Part shown: piece after piece, positions 16,097-18,918 of the stretch | Numbering within the stretch: the stretch's first letter is position 1 | Layout: each line of letters starts with the position of its first letter | Virus record (IMG/VR): IMGVR_UViG_2695420617_000013 | Coordinates: 1-18,918 of that record | Origin: a virus | Taxonomy: Duplodnaviria > Heunggongvirae > Uroviricota > Caudoviricetes | Length of the DNA stretch: 18,918 bases | Strand: one strand, 5' to 3' | Translations under genes and position numbers: made by a program | Notes under the pieces: generated by a model | The model's database searches: none | Told to the model about the DNA's origin: nothing | What the model saw: only the letters and a program-made list of their open reading frames with translations

Positions 16097-17323
16097 ATGA
16101 TTGATAATGAAGTTAAAATTTTTGCAAAAGAAAAAGAAAAAATGCTGTGCAGCAAACTTTCTTTTTACAGGGAGCATGCTCAATCGAGTGAAGATACAAG
16201 AAAAAGAAACGAATTTGAACGAGACTATGCGCGTATTCTTTATTCCTCTTCGTTCCGCCGGTTACAGGGAAAAATGCAGCTCTTTGAAGTCGATCCTCAA
16301 AAATTTAACCGTAATAGACTGACTCATAGCCTAGAAGTTGCCCAGATAGCCCGAAGCATCGCATCCGAACTAGAACTTGAACATCCTGTTGTAGCAGAAC
16401 TGGCTGCACTTGCTCACGATATTGGCAACCCTCCGTTTGGTCATTCCGGTGAAAAAAAGCTAAACGATATTGCTAATGATTTCGGCGGCTACGAAGGCAA
16501 TGCGCAGGCACTTAGAATACTCAGAAGTCTCGAGATAAAGCATCCAAATTGCCCCGGTCTCAACCTTACCCACCGTGCCATTCTCTCCGTCGTTAAATAT
16601 CCTTATAAAAAGGAAAACGGCAGAAAAAAATATCTTTATAATGATGACTATAAATACTACACAGAATTGGTAAATAGATATGAATTAGATTTGCAGACTG
16701 GCGAGAAGACCATTGATGCACAGATAATGGATCTGTCAGACGAAATTGCATATGCCGCGCATGACCTTGAAGATGCACTAAGCCGTAGCATGGTCAGTAT
16801 TGAAGATATTTTTTATGAGTTTGGGATATCCAAGTACAAAGACTCAATTGATTTATTAAATACAATCATTGAAAAATCTAAATATACAGCTTCGAGAGCA
16901 TCAAGACTCAATTCATCTGAAGAGTTCGCCATAATATTCAGAAAGGAATTGACATCCAATATTGTTAATGCGCTTGTTAATGATATTACTGTTATTCAAA
17001 GTGAAAATGGATTCAAGCAACTTGGATTTAGCACTACAAAAAATCTGTCTGCAGGCCTTAAAGATATCGTATTTAAAGTCATCATGCGAAAAAGAGATAT
17101 TAAAAGTTATGAGCACAAAGGAAACATTATCATCGAAGATTTATTTAATTTTTATAATGATAGAGATAACATAGAATTCATATCCCCTCAATTGTATAGA
17201 ACGCTCCCAAATAAAATAGAGCCTATTTATCAAGAACTTAAAAAACGTGCAATTGTCGACTACATCTCTGGAATGATGGATACATTTGCCATCCGCGAGT
17301 GGGAAACGCATCACAAAAAATAA
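16097..17323 (+). CDS. Dgt-family HD-domain dNTP triphosphohydrolase (dGTPase-like), 408 aa; candidate anti-phage dNTP-depletion enzyme
   Basis: Conserved dGTPase motifs: DYARILYSSSFRRLQGKMQLF, RLTHSLEVAQIARSI, HDIGNPPFGHSGE, DEIAYAAHDLEDA. Strong GAGAGG RBS. The gene is markedly AT-rich relative to the flanking prophage genes and sits alone between the excisionase-like gene and the convergent integrase. Confidence 0.85.
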   Translation: MIDNEVKIFAKEKEKMLCSKLSFYREHAQSSEDTRKRNEFERDYARILYSSSFRRLQGKMQLFEVDPQKFNRNRLTHSLEVAQIARSIASELELEHPVVAELAALAHDIGNPPFGHSGEKKLNDIANDFGGYEGNAQALRILRSLEIKHPNCPGLNLTHRAILSVVKYPYKKENGRKKYLYNDDYKYYTELVNRYELDLQTGEKTIDAQIMDLSDEIAYAAHDLEDALSRSMVSIEDIFYEFGISKYKDSIDLLNTIIEKSKYTASRASRLNSSEEFAIIFRKELTSNIVNALVNDITVIQSENGFKQLGFSTTKNLSAGLKDIVFKVIMRKRDIKSYEHKGNIIIEDLFNFYNDRDNIEFISPQLYRTLPNKIEPIYQELKKRAIVDYISGMMDTFAIREWETHHKK

Positions 17324-17694
17324 CCAAACTGGCGCACATCAACAACAGATTCAGTGCCACTCTTCCCATGGGACAGAACAGTGATTCTGTCCATTATCAC
17401 CCGATTATACAGATAAGCCACATCTAGTAGTTCTGAGCTAGCATTTTCCACATTGATTACGCTTCCGTGCACATCGTTATTTTTAACCAAAAAGAAAGGA
17501 CATACGCAAAAATAATATCAAGTAACGGAGTGTGTTAAATCGTAACCAATCATCTTTACTTTACATTTCGTAACTTAAACCGTACGTTTTCTAAACATTA
17601 AATATACACTTTGCGCTGTAAGTTATATCTCTCCGTTAAGCTCACTGCTCAACGCCAATAGTCATATTTTATTGCGTTCTGGCTGCGCAAATTG

Positions 17695-18918
17695 TCAACT
17701 GGAATCTGAACTAGGACAAGTAACGAGCGATTCAACCCTCTCCCACCATACCTGGTAGGCTTTACGCTGTTCTTCTAGATAATCGCTCTTGTCATAAACC
17801 TGCCATACCCCTGGCAGTTTATGACCAAGCATAATTTCTGCAATATGAGGCGCAGTAAGATCAGAAAAGTTTGTTCGTGCTGTTCGCCTCAAATCATGAA
17901 GAGACCAATGAGGGAATTGATACCCCAAACGTCGCCATGCGAACTGCATTAAATTGTAAGGCAGCGACTGCAATGATGTCCGACCAACTGGCTCCCTGCT
18001 TCCTTCCTTAGTAAAAAGCATATCGGAACCGTTGTTCATAGAGATAACGTATTTTATAAGCTCTTCAACCGGTTCAATAATGGGCCGCTTTAGTGGTTCG
18101 CCTGTTATCTCCCCTGTCTTATGTCGTTCTGGCGGTACAGTCCATACCTTATTAATGAAATCAAAATCGTCCACCCTGGCGGTAATTAGCTCTGAACTAC
18201 GGCAGCCAAAATGCAGCAATAGTTTAATGAAGGCCCGGTATTTAGGAACCATTCGAGAACCATCGATCGCAGCATAAAGGATTTTAATTTCATCATGTGT
18301 CAGAAACCGTTTCTTCTGACCTTTACGGATATCCATATCTTTACCCGTGATATCCGACAGCGGGCGAGTTTCAATGAGCTTTCTCTTATACGCCCAGACA
18401 TGGGCCTGCTTTGCGTTAATTAGTAATCGGTCTGCTATTGCTGGAGCCTTAGTGCTAAGAGGCTCCAGGACTTCTAACCAATCATGCAATGTAGCTGCAT
18501 CGTGAGGGATATTCCCGATTTTAGAGAACAGGTGCAGCTCAAACGAGCGGAGTATCTGTTCAGAGCCTTTTTTATTTTTTACACAATATGCTTCATACCA
18601 GGCACGGATCACAGACTCTACCGTCATGGCTTCAGTAGCTTTTCGTTTTTCAGCCTGCTTGACCAATCGTGGATTACGGTTTGACTCGAGTTCACCACGG
18701 AGACGGATAACTTCTTCTCTGGCCTCTTTTAATCCAGTTGCCGGGTAAGTTCCGATATCAAGACGCTCACCTTTCCCTGCCCATTGATAACGATATTGGA
18801 ACACTACGCGACCTTTCGGTGATACTCTGACAGACAGACCATCACGATCGGATTTAACCAAAACCTTATCACGTTCCTTTCCAACGACTGAACGCAACCA
18901 CGCATCAGACAGCGCCAT
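17695..18918 (-). CDS. Tyrosine recombinase / phage integrase with N-terminal arm-binding domain (407 aa)
   Basis: N-terminal arm-type domain (GLSVRVSPKGRVVFQYRYQWAGKGERLDIGTYPATGLKEAREE) and C-terminal catalytic region (HDLRRTARTNF...GH...Y). The ATG is the last three bases of the window, so the attachment site and any tRNA lie beyond the edge. Confidence 0.9.
   Translation of the reverse strand: MALSDAWLRSVVGKERDKVLVKSDRDGLSVRVSPKGRVVFQYRYQWAGKGERLDIGTYPATGLKEAREEVIRLRGELESNRNPRLVKQAEKRKATEAMTVESVIRAWYEAYCVKNKKGSEQILRSFELHLFSKIGNIPHDAATLHDWLEVLEPLSTKAPAIADRLLINAKQAHVWAYKRKLIETRPLSDITGKDMDIRKGQKKRFLTHDEIKILYAAIDGSRMVPKYRAFIKLLLHFGCRSSELITARVDDFDFINKVWTVPPERHKTGEITGEPLKRPIIEPVEELIKYVISMNNGSDMLFTKEGSREPVGRTSLQSLPYNLMQFAWRRLGYQFPHWSLHDLRRTARTNFSDLTAPHIAEIMLGHKLPGVWQVYDKSDYLEEQRKAYQVWWERVESLVTCPSSDSS

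Noticed and set aside
16101-16322. Alternate-frame ORF 16101..16322 (+) inside the dGTPase gene
   Set aside because: Out-of-frame overlap with a gene carrying conserved HD/dGTPase motifs; its poly-Lys stretch derives from an A-run.
17324-17694. Looked for a tRNA gene, att core or small RNA in the spacer between the dGTPase and integrase genes
   Set aside because: No cloverleaf-compatible sequence or conserved tRNA boxes seen by eye; only a short hairpin (ggacaga...tctgtcc) and AT-rich sequence. The integrase 5' end is at the window edge, so the attachment site and tRNA probably lie outside the window.

Overview
This window reads as the right arm of a lambdoid, Qin-like prophage from an E. 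coli-type enterobacterial genome, running from the lysis cassette to the integrase (all calls are from reading the sequence and ORF track; no searches were run). Left to right: Rz/Rz1 spanins, a signal-anchored endolysin and a dual-start pinholin on the minus strand; a cold-shock cluster (ydfK-like, cspB, cspF) sitting between the lysis genes and antiterminator Q; a nin-type region (DUF968, KilA-N, RusA, LexA-DBD-only protein, phage Dam methyltransferase, PerC-like regulator); an O-like replication initiator with internal iterons; a cro / cI(S24) immunity switch; an early-left operon on the plus strand (yfdP/Q/R/S-like genes, DUF551, excisionase-like HTH); and a tyrosine integrase at the right edge. 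The most interesting candidates are (1) a strongly AT-rich single-gene island between excisionase and integrase encoding a Dgt/SAMHD1-type HD-domain dNTP triphosphohydrolase, likely an anti-phage dNTP-depletion gene; (2) an AT-rich convergent gene just downstream of cI; (3) a roughly 450 bp GC-rich structured non-coding leader with a terminator hairpin and a long imperfect inverted repeat upstream of the yfdP-like operon; (4) rrn-type boxA-like motifs without any N-like gene; and (5) extra genes inserted in the lysis cassette, one with its own terminator on the opposite strand. No tRNA, rRNA, CRISPR array or IS element was seen.
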